A stretch of 62,537 nucleotides of DNA, counting the filler, from Squatina squatina (taxonomy: Eukaryota), in the NCBI GenBank assembly GCA_031763465.1. It is 4 parts of 4 records of this genome, joined end to end, with 100 filler letters (N's around TTAATTAATTAA, not from the genome) between each part and the next. Parts side by side here need not be neighbours in the genome. Positions count along the whole stretch, not along the records: positions 12,739 to 27,777 come from JARFOE010000004.1; positions 27,878 to 49,374 come from JARFOE010000073.1; 2 more parts are not named here. One strand, written 5' to 3'. The notes beneath the pieces are model-generated. The model had not been told where the DNA came from and searched no databases. It saw nothing but the letters and a program-made list of their open reading frames with translations. Position 1 is the first letter of the stretch. Every line of letters starts with the position of its first letter. Shown piece after piece: positions 25,599-38,988 of this stretch. Both the position numbers and the translations under genes were made by a program.

Positions 25599-25750
25599 CT
25601 GTTGTACACATCTTTGCTCAGCCCAAGTGCTGCCACTTTGACCTGTCGCTGGGCACTGATCAGGCAGTTTCGAGCAGCCAAGTCCTTGTGTACAAAGCGA
25701 TGGTTTGACAGGTATTCCATTCCCAGTGCTACCTGTGCACAAATCCCCAC
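25599..25750 (-). CDS. PTK7: PTK7 pseudokinase-domain exon (152 bp)
   Basis: ttttctag|GTGGGG...AACAG|gttggt; [50 protein letters not shown], with HKDLAARN and ALG replacing DFG, diagnostic of PTK7. Confidence 0.96.
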
Positions 25751-27464
25751 CTAGAAAAGAAAAGAAAGGCCTTCAAAGACAATATACAGTTCCTCCAAAA
25801 AATGATAACTTCCCTGATGGCTCAGTGAGCAAAAGGACTGCCTGGGACAGAAGATCATAGATTGTATCGCTGGCCTATGCTGATTCAGTTGATCTTCACT
25901 GGTCTATCAATTGGGATGCAGCAATTGGGTCTCAGCATTCCTGGGCAGAGAAGAATCAGCCAAGATACCCTCTCCCAACTGCTATCCAGTTAATATTGAC
26001 TGAATGGAAGTTATGTTTAGGCGGACCTTTGCGACAATGGGACTGGGTTCAGGCCCCAAGATCAAATATGACAATTTACATCTCTAACATGAAAAAAATA
26101 TAACACTTTACAGAGGTGTAATCAATAAATGGATGTTGAACCAAAGGATACGAGGATANNNNNNNNNNNNNNNNNNNNNNNNNNNNNNNNNNNNNNNNNN
26201 NNNNNNNNNNNNNNNNNNNNNNNNNNNNNNNNNNNNNNNNNNNNNNNNNNNNNNNNNNAGGCCAAGTATTTCCTCATGCGAACACTTACCCCTCCCCTGC
26301 AGATGCTGATTTAGACTGTGATACAATTGCACAAGAATTAAGACCCAAAATGTCTGAAAGGGAGAATGCAGACAGAAAGTTCCTGGCCCTGGCAGACATC
26401 ACAGCTGAGACAAGATTTAGTTTTCACACAATGTCCATGAACATGTACGTGATTGAACAGCAGTTAGAAACATGAATCCTGGCTCATTTTTTCTAATTCC
26501 TTAAATCAAATCTGGCTGATCTCAATCAGCACGGTAATGTGAAGCGAACTGAGCACTGAACAGGATTGAACCTGTGACTTTCCTGGCTTGTAACATTCAG
26601 CACCACATCATAAAGTACACTTACACATCAAGCCTGCCATTGAGGGTGGGCAATATATTTTTAAATCCCTCATTGCGAAAGTTACTGCCCAGTGTGGAAA
26701 TGAGCCATAAAAAACGTCCGAGGTTCTATCCCCAGTCTGCGTCCCTTTATCTCTGCACCAACAGTATTCAAACAGATTGTTCAAACTTATAGAACCTTTA
26801 CACAGCAAATAGAGGAAACTTTGCAGGAGGCCTGCAGGTGTAGGCTGAATTGAAGCCCAGAACTCAAAAAGATGAAAAGTCAGTATGCTAACCCACGAGG
26901 CACCCAACAAAATATGTTTCCCTCAACAGAAATCGCCATGTGAATTTACGACTTAACCTCACTTCCCTCCTACCCAACTTAGATTTTTAAGAAGGCAGCC
27001 AGTCATCTTGAGAGCAGATAATATGCCAATAGGGCATTTTTTGAAATATCCTTTGTTTAGTAGACCTTACTAAATATGTAACTGGTGATACTGCGCAATT
27101 ATTACAACATGCCATGGCAAGCAGTGGAGAAATCAGATTCTTGTTCATAGGTTCACACATCACTACAGTCTGCAGTGCAAAATGAAATTATATAATGATG
27201 TTGCATTAGCATATTACAATATTCCAACATCTCACCTCTGATTTGGCACGTGACTACCATGATTACAATAGTGGGGATATTGGACAATATAATAGCTGAA
27301 ACATGTGTTGTGCGATAATGGCCATCTCACGATCTTTACATTCATGTTATGGCAGGAATTTATCAACTTTATTCCTGGGGGAAAAAAAACAGTGGGAGAG
27401 GAGAGGTGAGGGAATTTCTTAAAGAATTTCCCTTCCTCAGACAAATCATGTCTTCACTACATAC

Positions 27465-27620
27465 CCAGGGTTGTGATTGTCTGGAGGTTTGCACGAGGAA
27501 AGTGCAGTTTATCATGCATGCTGTGGCGCTTGCTAGGAACGACAGTCATACTGATGTTGTTAATAGATGCCTCCTCCTGAATCTCAGCTGTCAGCTGGCC
27601 ATTCTGCTGCACAGTCCCAC
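27465..27620 (-). CDS. PTK7: PTK7 juxtamembrane exon (156 bp)
   Basis: gtacag|GTGGGA...CCCTGG|gtatgt; GGTVQQNGQLTAEIQEEASINNISMTVVPSKRHSMHDKLHFPRANLQTITTLG versus human QNGQPSAEIQEE...KRHSTSDKMHFPRSSLQPITTLG. Confidence 0.92.
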
Positions 27621-27777
27621 CTGTACATTCAAAAAGAAAAAAAGAGGCTGTAAAAAACAAGCACTTAATCCAGCTATTTGTAACGTTATAATCTTTTACA
27701 CATGATGGGACTGCAAGAGCTTTTATAGATATGTGAAGAGAAAAAGATTAGTGAAGACAAATGTTGGTCCCTTGCAG

Positions 27778-27877
27778 NNNNNNNNNNNNNNNNNNNNNNN
27801 NNNNNNNNNNNNNNNNNNNNNTTAATTAATTAANNNNNNNNNNNNNNNNNNNNNNNNNNNNNNNNNNNNNNNNNNNN
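27778..27877. other. Artificial scaffold-join spacer
   Basis: 44 N + TTAATTAATTAA (27822-27833) + 44 N. Confidence 0.97.
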
Positions 27878-30800
27878 GGCCTTTATGTCACAATTCATAT
27901 CATGCAGTGGGAGAGGGTGCTATTTGAACTGCCGTAACAACAACTTTCAATGAGAATGGCAAGAATAATACTCACTGCATGACCCTACCTGGTTACATTG
28001 ATTTTGTTGACAATGCAGATCCATTGCCCCTTTCAATCATTTACTTTGGGTCGGTAAATTTGCTGTCTTTGAAAGAACACAATTTGCAAAAACAAATGAA
28101 AGCAACACTCGTATGTCAGGCAGAAAACAGAACAACCAACAGTCCATTATCTCATAGCATTGATCCAATGTTCCCGAGGACATCTCTCTTCTTTCATCTT
28201 GAAATGCCTGCTAGAGAATGTGGCGGCAATTTCCTAATCAAGATAATGGAGTCCGTGACCTTTTCCTACAAGACTCTAGTGCAATCTGCGAAAAGAGGGA
28301 GCCTCTGTTGTATCTATTAGTGTATTTAATTGATTCACTTTCTGGTCATGTCAATTTGCTGAAATGCTGAGTTCAGATGGTACGTTAACATGATCTGACA
28401 CCGAGGGAAAGCTTTGCCATCTTCGCCCATGGTGGCAGAATGGCGAATGGACAAACTCTTCGCTCTTTCTGACCCGAGAAAGGGAACTGCAACAAGAAAC
28501 ATTAAACGCTCATATATCACATTAAGGTTGAAAAAGCTGCCCGAATTTCTCCTTATGTGGCTCAGTTTCAAATTTTTTAACTCATAACGCTCCTGTGAAG
28601 TGCCTTGGGATGTTTCATTACATTGAAGGCGCTATATAAATACAAGTTGTTGTTGTTGTTGTAAGGGGCTTTTAATACAATCGGATAACATATATCCAAG
28701 AAAAGAGCTGTGGGCATTTTTGGAGGATGGAAAGAAATCACAGGCGAGTGGCAAGTTGTCCCTATTCAAATTGTCCCTATTCAAAGTATTCAAAGTAAAT
28801 CGGAATGGATATTTTTGATTCCAATTGGTCTGTGTCCGCCTCATTGAGCAGCTTAGGGTCAGTGAGAAAAGATTCTCCAACATCAATCAGTAAACAATGA
28901 GCATTGATCCACCAGTGGTTTAGTTGCACTAGGTTGAGAAAGCTCTGCAAGAATGAATGCACTCAAAACACAACTGGCTAATTTATTTCCCTGTAATGTG
29001 GTACCAAAGTGTAATAAACTGACCTACAAAATACTGCCCGAGTATTGAGTACACTAAAATTAAATTATGCTGGTTGTCTTTTCCAAGTCAGTACTGTCCT
29101 TTTTATTATAGAGTAATTACAGATTGCTTGTCCATTGAAATGCTGTCTAACTACCACTGATTGCACATTCTCATTACAAAAAAACCTCTGCCAAAATAGA
29201 TGTTTGCCACAGTTAACACAAGGATAATTGACACTCAGATCGCATTGGTCTTTCTTCAGAAGCTGAAACCATCTGCATGGAAATAANNNNNNNNNNNNNN
29301 NNNNNNNNNNNNNNNNNNNNNNNNNNNNNNNNNNNNNNNNNNNNNNNNNNNNNNNNNNNNNNNNNNNNNNNNNNNNNNNNNNNNNNGAAATATTCGCTAT
29401 TCCAACAGGAGTTCTATGACAGCAGCAAATTATCAAAAAGACTGCAGAGATTCTCCAAGATATGATGCAATCTTGCATATTTTTGGGGGGAGGGACAGCT
29501 GAGTCATGACTTGTGTTATATATTCGAGATGTGGGCATTGCTGGCAAAGCTGTCATTTATGACCATCCCCAACTGTCATGAGAAGGTGGCTGCGGGACTG
29601 GTCACACCAGGCCAAACCAGCTACGACTGGCAGGTTTCCTTCTCTAAAGCTTATTTGCAACCCAGTTGGGTATTTATGACAATATGATAGCTTCATGAGT
29701 ACTTTTACCGATACCTTTTTTTATCCCCCATTTCCAGACTTTTCTTCACCTGAATTCAAATTCTCAAACTGCCATGATGGGATTTGAACTCACATTCTCT
29801 GGATTATACTTGTCCAGTAACATAACCAATGCATTACCATACCTTACAGGAACAAAGCAAATATGCACCAGGAAGAAAATGGGATGGGTCATGGATCAGC
29901 TACCAAAAGTACTGGGGTGAGGTAGAGGGGGGAGGGCGAGTGAAGGAGATCATGTTACCCAGAAGCAGAGAGACAGGTAATTGATCAGAAATGTAGCCAG
30001 TCACAGTGCTTAATGATTTTTAACAAATATAGATGCAAGTGTTCACATTCAACCAAAGTTTTAAACTGTACACTGGCTCGCAATTTGTGGTCACCTGAGA
30101 AGTAAAGCCACTCGCCGCTGACCTTGAACTAAGCTGCTCGCAGAGATCTTGCGAGTTCTGTGGCGAAAACTTGAGGTTTCTCAATGCGTAATTGATTATA
30201 GCACTGTGAGCAGAGGATTCCTGGAGCGATGCAGACATGACATCATCAAGCGCTCTAAGAAGCCAATCACATTGAAGAATTCTCACAGGCAGCAAACCAG
30301 GAAATAAAAAGCAGCTATATCCTCAATTTTTTATAGTATTACAGAGAGATAATAATTGGAACTTTCACATGGGAATAAGGTTGAAGCTCAAATATCATGT
30401 ACAAATGTAAAAAAAAATTAAAATTGTAATTTGCATCATAATGGAGAAATTTGACATTCCATAAATACAAAAAATAGCTTTTCAGGGCTAGATTGATTGT
30501 TTAGCAGCCAACATGCTGTTATAAAGCTAGATATACCTATTCCAACAAGGCTTAACATTTAATGGGGCAATTAACAGCAATATTAGCATGGAAAAGCTCA
30601 TGTTTTCGTCAGTTCCGTCAGGGGGTGGGGTGGGAGGGATCCACAGCCTGTGTCGGAGCAGTGAATGACTGAACAACTTCAAGATTTCTGCAATTAGATG
30701 AACGTGCAGTAAATCCTGAAGTTGTGCTCAGTTTCAGAGGGGTAATGATAGCGAATGCAGACACTTTCTCCTGGACAAAGCTGGTTATTTTTCCCTAATC

Positions 30801-33800
30801 TCTCATCTTGGTTCTAATCTGTGAATTTACAAAAGATGTCAAATGATAATGAAAGTAAACCTCCTCAAAGACTGTTGCTTGCACATACAGTATCAGACAA
30901 CTGCACTTATCAGATTTCAGTTACATTTATGAAGAAATTGCATTATAAGAAAATGAAAATCTGTGAAATGTAGTGGGAAGGATTACATTTCCTGGTCAGA
31001 TTCTTTCATCTTCACCTTTCCTCTCAGCTGACCACTTAGTCTTACTAGTATATCAGCATCTATAGGTAATTGGGCAAGAGTGGCTTTAAAGGATATTTTC
31101 TTCTGACCCAGCCTGAGAAAGCTGGAGTTACATTCATCGAGCAGTATATTCCCATTTATAGGTAGCATGTAAATCTGGACAGAGCTTCCTTGGCAGGTAC
31201 AAGTTGACAGTTATCTTTACACAATTGTAACTGTGGAACGATGACAAAGGACTGTGTCATCTAATCTTGGCATAAATTTATCTTGAACATTCCAGTATTC
31301 AAAAATTCAGCAGGAATATTGAAATCTATCATTGATCATTAATTCAATTCCACCAGGGCCATCTTCAGAAAGGCAATGTTTTCTGATCATTGGTTAATAG
31401 GCAATTAATCAATACCTAAAATAATGATTTCAAAAATCAGTCGCTTCCATTTATCTGTTGTCGGCTACTCTTGCTTGACAAGTGAATCTCCACAGTGAGA
31501 GTGCTTATTATCTATTAGTCCCCTTTGCTTTCCTACCATTACTGTTCTAATATAAATCAGATCATGTAGAAATATGATCCACAAATGCTTAATAGCCAGC
31601 TGCTGGGTCTCTAACAGATGGTACTTTCCATATAACTGTTTGTTAACAATTAGTTTCTTGAACCAATTGAATTATNNNNNNNNNNCGAGAATGTAGATTA
31701 GACCCTCAAATGACCTCACTGTAAGTGCTAAGGCAAACCCTTCACCACTGAGAACATCATGTCAAGACCAAAAAGGATTGCAGAAATACTTTTAACCTTT
31801 GTTTCAAAGGAACTGGTGTAAGGCTCCCCTTGTAGTTCAGCGGGGACCTCAGCTATTCGGACCCCACATTTCAATCACTGGGTCAGCTGATTTCAACAGG
31901 ATGCAAATAAGGGTGTTTCAAGTTGCAACAGGGAAGAAATAAACCAGGGTCGCTCCCTCCTGGTTCCTAGCCAGTTCTGCTGTTGGAAGGTGCAAATGGA
32001 TGAGGGCAGGATTAGGCTTAATCATGGTGCTCCCATGTTCGCATAGCTTGCCAGAACTCATTGCCTTAGTTAATACATGAAGAATAACGACTTGAGCAAG
32101 GCATCAGAGGAGGCTTGAAGGCCCATGGAACCTTACCCAGCATGATTGAGCACCTTCAGGGTAGGTTGGGAAATAATTGGAAGGTAAAGAAGCTATTACT
32201 GCCAAGAAAATGTCATATCTATTCTTTAAGCCAACTTTGTTTATCAGACTCCATTAAAATTAAGTGTTGGTTTTCCATCATGCACTCTTATTAAAGATAT
32301 GTGAAGATTCCTTTCTGACAGCTTCCAGGAGCATTTAGTCAGCAGCTGTGTGACATGAACCACTCATTTTCTGTATAACTGGAAGTAGTGACAATTATTC
32401 AAAATGACAATTACATTNNNNNNNNNNNNNNNNNNNNNNNNNNNNNNNNNNNNNNNNNNNNNNNNNNNNNNNNNNNNNNNNNNNNNNNNNNNNNNNNNNN
32501 NNNNNNNNNNNNNNNNNNNNNNNNNNNNNNNNNNNNNNNNNNNNNNNNNNNNNNNNNNNNNNNNNNNNNNNNNNNNNNNNNNNNNNNNNNNNNNNNNNNN
32601 NNNNNNNNNNNNNNNNNNNNNNNNNNNNNNNNNNNNNNNNNNNNNNNNNNNNNNNNNNNNNNNNNNNNNNNNNNNNNNNNNNNNNNNNNNNNNNNNNNNN
32701 NNNNNNNNNNNNNNNNNNNNNNNNNNNNNNNNNNNNNNNNNNNNNNNNNNNNNNNNNNNNNNNNNNNNNNNNNNNNNNNNNNNNNNNNNNNNNNNNNNNN
32801 NNNNNNNNNNNNNNNNNNNNNNNNNNNNNNNNNNNNNNNNNNNNNNNNNNNNNNNNNNNNNNNNNNNNNNNNNNNNNNNNNNNNNNNNNNNNNNNTTTCC
32901 AAATTAAATAATCCCCCCCCCCCCCCCCCCCACCCCATCCCCGCTACCACCAGTGCTAACGTCCCCTTTGAGATGCTCATAACATTTCATCACTGGAGAC
33001 AGAAAGTTGTGCTCCATCTTGCCAACTGGAATTTATGCACAGCACAAAAATAAAAGAGTTTGATCAAAGTAGAATAGATTGTTAAAAAAGATCAGAGCTG
33101 CGGGAATAAAATCCTTCACTCGCTTGTTGTTACCATGCCAGTGTAAATATTTCAGATCCATTTCCCCAACCGCTGATCATTAATGGATCTAAAGTGCTAC
33201 CTCACGCTTATGTATTTTTAACTTCATCTTACTTGAGACATTTATTGCTTTTTTAAGACAAAAAAAATGTCTTTGTTCAGAAGCACTCATCACACAGTTT
33301 TTTTCCTACCATGAAAATTAGTTTCAAAACACTGTGGACCATCTGGAAAGAGCCCAATTCCCCGTATAGCACATATCAATTAGTGCCACAGAATCTGAGA
33401 TCACAATTATTATTACCACAAAAAAGCTGTAATTTTTATTCCCACTGTTACTTATTGTTTGTTAAGTGCAGCATTATTGCTCATGAGCACTGCATTTATA
33501 GCAACTGGCAGCGTACACACTTCTTAAATGCAAGGCAGCACTTAAGATCAGACACGAAGGCTTTTTAAAAAAATGCATCAGTTTCCAGGGGGGAAAAGTA
33601 CCATTGTACAACGAGGCAGCTTCTGGTGTGAAATGGAAAATCACTGGTGCAAAGCGGCAAAACTGGCAACTACCTGGATAATTCACCTTGAGACACAAGT
33701 TCAAAATTTATCCTCAAACGCTCTTGTACTGAGACTCCTGATAATTCCCATCAGCTTGCCANNNNNNNNNNNNNNNNNNNNNNNNNNNNNNNNNNNNNNN

Positions 33801-34507
33801 NNNNNNNNNNNNNNNNNNNNNNNNNNNNNNNNNNNNNNNNNNNNNNNNNNNNNNNNNNNNNGCCCAAACAGACCCTGGACAGTTTAACAGCCAAACACTA
33901 TTCCAAAATATACTTCCACGCATAAGTTGATCAACATCTACGAGACTTCAAATGTGTTTCTAACTTTTGCATTCAGCTACCTTAATTACGTTTCTGACTA
34001 CATAATGAATAAAAATTATGTTGTATACTTCACAACACATTGAGTATTCATCCTGTACAGTGCTAGTGTTTCAGTGAACAACAGTGATTCTATGGTCAGG
34101 TGTTTTGTATGTCACAAAATGATGCTGCATTCAAGGCAAGGCTCACCACCACCTCTGAGGGCAGCTAGGGATGGCCAATAAATGATATCGATGCCCCAAA
34201 AATGAATTTTAAGAACTCCTTGAAGTACGAACGGATTGACAAGGTCTCCTTAATGATCCAGCAAATCTTCAAAAACCACTAACTTAGCACCACTTCTTAA
34301 AAGTGGATGGGTAGTATTGGTAGCCACTCTTTAACTTCTCCATCAAACGGTCACCAAAACAGACTGCCTCTCTCACAAATGACTTTCACCACACAAATAG
34401 CTGCAGAACTCCCATCTGTTTGCAGGCATGGCCAAAACACTCTGTATTCCAAGCCACAACGAAAAGACCTAAAACAGTCAAAAGTGCGAATGAAAACCAC
34501 CTCCTAC

Positions 34508-34636
34508 CTTCACAATACGCCGTGTCGCCCTGTATGGGAACAAAGCCATTCTTGCACATGCATACAGCTTTTGTGTTCAGATTCCAGCATTCAGAGTTTT
34601 CACCACACTGATGCCCCTCAGCACAGAAATCATGGC
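34508..34636 (-). CDS. NELL1: NELL1 exon, first EGF-like domain (129 bp)
   Basis: ttgcag|GCCATG...GAAG|gtagga; GHDFCAEGHQCGENSECWNLNTKAVCMCKNGFVPIQGDTAYCE. Confidence 0.9.
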
Positions 34637-35255
34637 CTGCAATGTAAGAGCACATTTATAGCACAATAGAGCTGCAACAGGAAAAAAAAGAAGTAAAATC
34701 ATTTAAATTTATGAACGCACTGCTCTGTATTGCAAACCAAAATGCAGCTATTCCCAACATAAAACATATGTGATTGACAAAGAGCTTATCAAAGATCTGG
34801 CATCTGTGACTGATATCTTGGCTATGAACTGCTTCAATTTATAAATTCAAGATTTAGTATAACTTTCATGAACACAGAGGGGATTAGAGAATACAGAGGT
34901 CAGCACATCCAATCTGTGGCACTCCTGATTGTAAAGTTATTAATTTAGGTGATCAAGATTCTCGGCCGGAATCTTTGGAGTGTCCAAAGATTTAGCGTTC
35001 AGTGTTACANNNNNNNNNNNNNNNNNNNNNNNNNNNNNNNNNNNNNNNNNNNNNNNNNNNNNNNNNNNNNNNNNNNNNNNNNNNNNNNNNNNNNNNNNNN
35101 NNNNNNNNNTTATATCAGGTTTCTCTCCAGGAGCCATTTCCTGGTCAACATTTATCGCTCAACTAATACCACTAAAACCAGCCATTTTTCTCATTGCTGT
35201 TTGTGGAACCTTGCTGTGTGCAAATTGGCTTACCTCCCTTACAACAGTGCCTACA

Positions 35256-35416
35256 GAGGTGAAATTCAACCTCAGTAGGGGTGCAAAATGGGTAGCAGTG
35301 GATCGGCCGTCCATTATGCACCTTGTACAATGTAGGAAAATAAGGTGGGAGTGGTATAACAGGCGAACAAACTGCTCTGGCCTGTTTTGTACCCCACCAA
35401 TGTTGAATTTCACCTC
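35256..35416. mobile_element. 161-bp MITE with perfect 15-bp TIRs, nested in a Deu-SINE (~35115-35480)
   Basis: GAGGTGAAATTCAAC (35256-35270) and GTTGAATTTCACCTC (35402-35416); SINE sequence lies on both sides. Confidence 0.75.
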
Positions 35417-35906
35417 CATTACTGTGAAGCACCTTGGGATTCCCTGAGGGCATGAAAATGCGATGTAACTACAAGTTCCTTCTTTGAAAGAAGTCTGAGG
35501 TGTAGACTAAAGGATTAAGTGTTGCGTGTTCATTTAAAATGACTGGGGCTCAGTGCAGTAGAAACAAAACTTGAAAATAACAGGAATCTGCCCAAATTTT
35601 CCTTCCCACGCAATTTAAAAAGAATAGAGTAACAGTAAGTATGCTCTCAATTGGAATATGTTCTCAAGTTGCACAGTCGGAGCTCCACTCATTGCATTGC
35701 TGTGTTACATAGCTATAGTTAGCATCCAATGGAACTCTCAGTACATGATGGGATTTATTGGGGAAAGCTTTGTTATGCTGTCTGCACACTGCTGCAGCCC
35801 ACTGCATTTCAAATGTTGTCAAAATAACTGGGTCCAAATAAACACATGAATTTTAAACTGCAACGAGCAGGTGACTGGAGTGTTAAGTTGAAGCATTTAT
35901 ACTTAC

Positions 35907-36006
35907 CACGACATACATTACAGCATCTGTTTTCAGGCTGAATGCGTTCAATCAGTGGGCAATCCAGAGTTGGACACGTCTCATGGACAATGGCCATTGT
36001 TCGGTT
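35907..36006 (-). CDS. NELL1: NELL1 exon, VWC domain (100 bp)
   Basis: ttgacag|AACCGA...GTCGTG|gtaagt; NRTMAIVHETCPTLDCPLIERIQPENRCCNVCRG. Confidence 0.9.
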
Positions 36007-37056
36007 CTGTCAAGCAATAATCAGAGCTATTATTAGACCAATACACTCTCACGGCAANNNNNNNNNNNNNNNNNNNNNNNNNNNNNNNNNNNNNNNNNNN
36101 NNNNNNNNNNNNNNNNNNNNNNNNNNNNNNNNNNNNNNNNNNNNNNNNNNNNNNNNNGAGGCCCTAGCACCACCGGGGTGCAACGCCCAATAGGCCAAAT
36201 GTGAAATTTTTGCATTTAAGTTGCTTTCGCGCCCGGGTAGGGCCACTGATTGGCGCTACCCGGGCGCGATGGCACACCAATTAGTCTCCCTTACCCAGTG
36301 CTGACTGAAAGAACTGAGGATATATCCTGAATAATGCAACATATACAGTTGAGACGAGTTGGATTACGAGGTATGAATTTAGTCCTTGAGACATCATTCC
36401 TGGGCAACTTCCTCCGTATAGATGATGGACTATTTGATTTGTATATGGATTTCTATTCATGAAGATCTGTTCGTAATGCACTGAACAAACATTAGTGCAA
36501 CTTTCAGAGTCAACAGAGAAATACTGCTCCAGTCCTCCAAGAGTTACCAGGACATAAAATGCAGTGACTATAAGGTAATTGTTGGTGATGATGCTTCTTA
36601 TTGTCATTTCAGAAGTGTCACAGATCTGGAGCAAGTGAGTTGCAAAGGTCTCTCCAAGGAGACAAAGGCATCAGCACTCAGCAATTATTCAGTTTACTCA
36701 TTAGGTATATCAGGGTTGCTGTTTGTCATTGTTCCAGAAAGCAGCAGGTTGGATAGACTATTTTGTTTCACCCACATTATCATTTTTTTCTGGCTGTTGG
36801 TGTAAAATATTGTCATTAGTGGGTTTAAGAATCCTGTCGGGTGAAAGCAATTTAAAATTGGCCAAGTTCTGTCTGTGTAACTGGAGCTGGAAACGGGTTG
36901 GGGTAAATGAACATCCCTTTGCAATCACACACTGTTATGGATTGTTAGTTTTACATTTTCAAAATGTCCCCACTTTTAATAAATTTGATTTAATCTGAAA
37001 TAATTTGGAGGCTGAGTTTTGCAGAATCTGGATACCAAAAAAAATGTCATACTTAC

Positions 37057-37130
37057 TCTGCACTCCCGACAGTTGGATTTCAATGCTCGCTGCCCTTCAG
37101 CAAGCTTCTGACCCCCATAGAGACATATAG
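37057..37130 (-). CDS. NELL1: NELL1 exon, VWC domain (74 bp)
   Basis: ctgcag|CTATAT...TGCAGA|gtaagt; PICLYGGQKLAEGQRALKSNCRECR versus human PKCIYGGKVLAEGQRILTKSCRECR. Confidence 0.9.
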
Positions 37131-38062
37131 CTGCAGAACCAAATAGAATAGATTCCTGTTATATGTAATCTGTCAGGTTGGAAGAAAGAGTTGTACATAA
37201 TCACTCTGGCACACCGTCAGANNNNNNNNNNNNNNNNNNNNNNNNNNNNNNNNNNNNNNNNNNNNNNNNNNNNNNNNNNNNNNNNNNNNNNNNNNNNNNN
37301 NNNNNNNNNNNNNNNNNNNNNTAAAGCTACTGATTGAATTTATTCACACAAAACGAATTACAGAAGCAAAAGATCTCACAAAGTACAATAAATATATATA
37401 AAAGACCTAGAAAGAGTCCGCAAGGGATTCATTTCCTTTTCCTTCAAACTTCAGACTTTCTTCAGGTCACAGAGTCCAGAAAAAATATTTCTTCCACCAT
37501 CTCGAGCACAACACTTTGATAATGATCCTCCTTCCACCAAATAGCTGTGCTTCAGTGAAGACTCTCAAAAGGATCTCTCCTTACTGCAGAATCTTAGTTA
37601 TTTTGTATATATATTTTCCTTTGATGCCCTTTGAAGAAGTAAAGCAAAGTATAATTTTAATAGTCTTAACAACTTAATGGAGAACGGCAAGATGCCTTGT
37701 GACAACCACATCCAACCACCTACAACTTTCATATCCAGCAGCCAGCCTGTTTTAACGTGTGGCAATAATTGGAAATTGCATTTTTGTTTGCCATTAAACC
37801 AGGATGAATGCACATAAATTATTTCTGAAGAACATCCTGTGGAATGCTAATGAGAAGGTAATCATACATTAACTGGAATCCAAGCACCATGGCACCTGTT
37901 GACAACACAGTTCACGATAATTAAATGTGCATAATTCACATACCGATCACAAAAACTAAGGCAGCTGAAGAATCCCTGAGCAGTTATTTAAGCTTCTTAA
38001 CAAAGTGGAATCCATCTTAAATCTGCATTACCGGCTCTTTGAAATAAAATGTTTTAAGTATC

Positions 38063-38497
38063 CGCCATGGCTCAGTCTCTCCTCTGAGTCCAAAGGTTGT
38101 GGGTTCAAGTCCCCCTCCAGATTCTGGAGCACAAAAATCTGAGGGAGCACAGTACTGAGGGAGTGCTGCACTGTTGGAGGTGCTGTCTTTCGGATGAGAC
38201 GGTAAACCGAGGCCAGTCTGCTCTCTCAGGTGGACATAAAAGGTCCCATGGCACTATTTCAAAGAAGAGCAGGGGAGTTATCCCCATACTCCTGGTCAAT
38301 ATTTATCCCTCGACGTCACTAAAACAGATTATCTGGTCATTATCACATTGCTGTTTGTGGGAGCTTTCTGTGTGCAAATTGGTTGCATTGTTTCCTACAT
38401 TACAACAGTGACGACACTTCAAAAAGTACTCCATTGACTGTAAAGTGCTTAGGGACATCAAGTGGTTGTGATACATGCTATATAAATGCACATCTTT
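38063..38497 (+). mobile_element. Near full-length tRNA-derived Deu-domain SINE (SacSINE1/AmnSINE1-like)
   Basis: tggctcag head, gggttcaagtccc box B, Deu core (gtgctgtctttcggatgagacggtaaaccgaggcc...) and L2-like tail ending ctatataaatgca. Confidence 0.85.
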
Positions 38498-38650
38498 CGA
38501 TTTAAAAAATAATGGACTTAATCAACATAACAAAAGCAGGTTATCTGGTCNNNNNNNNNNNNNNNNNNNNNNNNNNNNNNNNNNNNNNNNNNNNNNNNNN
38601 NNNNNNNNNNNNNNNNNNNNNNNNNNNNNNNNNNNNNNNNNNNNNNNNNN

Positions 38651-38988
38651 GGTCTGGACAGAGTAGATAGAGAGAAACTGTTCCCATTGGCAGAAGGGTC
38701 GAGAACCAGAGGACACAGGTTTAAGGTTACTGGCAGAAGAGCCAAAGGCGGCGTGAAGAAAACCTTTTTCTAAACACAGCGAGTGGTTAGGATCTGGAAT
38801 GCAAATGGTGGAGACTCAATCGTGGCTTTCAAAAGGGAATTGGATAAGTACCCGAAGAAAAAAAATTGCAGGGCTACGGGAAAGGTAAGGGAGGGTGGGA
38901 CTAGCCGAAGTGCTCTTGCAGAGAGCCGGCACGGGCTCGACGAGCCGAATGGCCTGCTTCTGTGCTGTAACCATTCTACGATTCTAAT
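38651..38988 (+). mobile_element. CR1-type LINE 3' end
   Basis: GLDRVDREKLFPLAEGSRTRGHRFKV...RVVRIWN followed by a gccgaatggcctgcttctgtgctgtaaccattcta tail. Confidence 0.85.

Noticed and set aside
25599-25750. DFG replaced by ALG as a novel kinase inactivation
   Set aside because: This is the well-known conserved state of the PTK7 pseudokinase.
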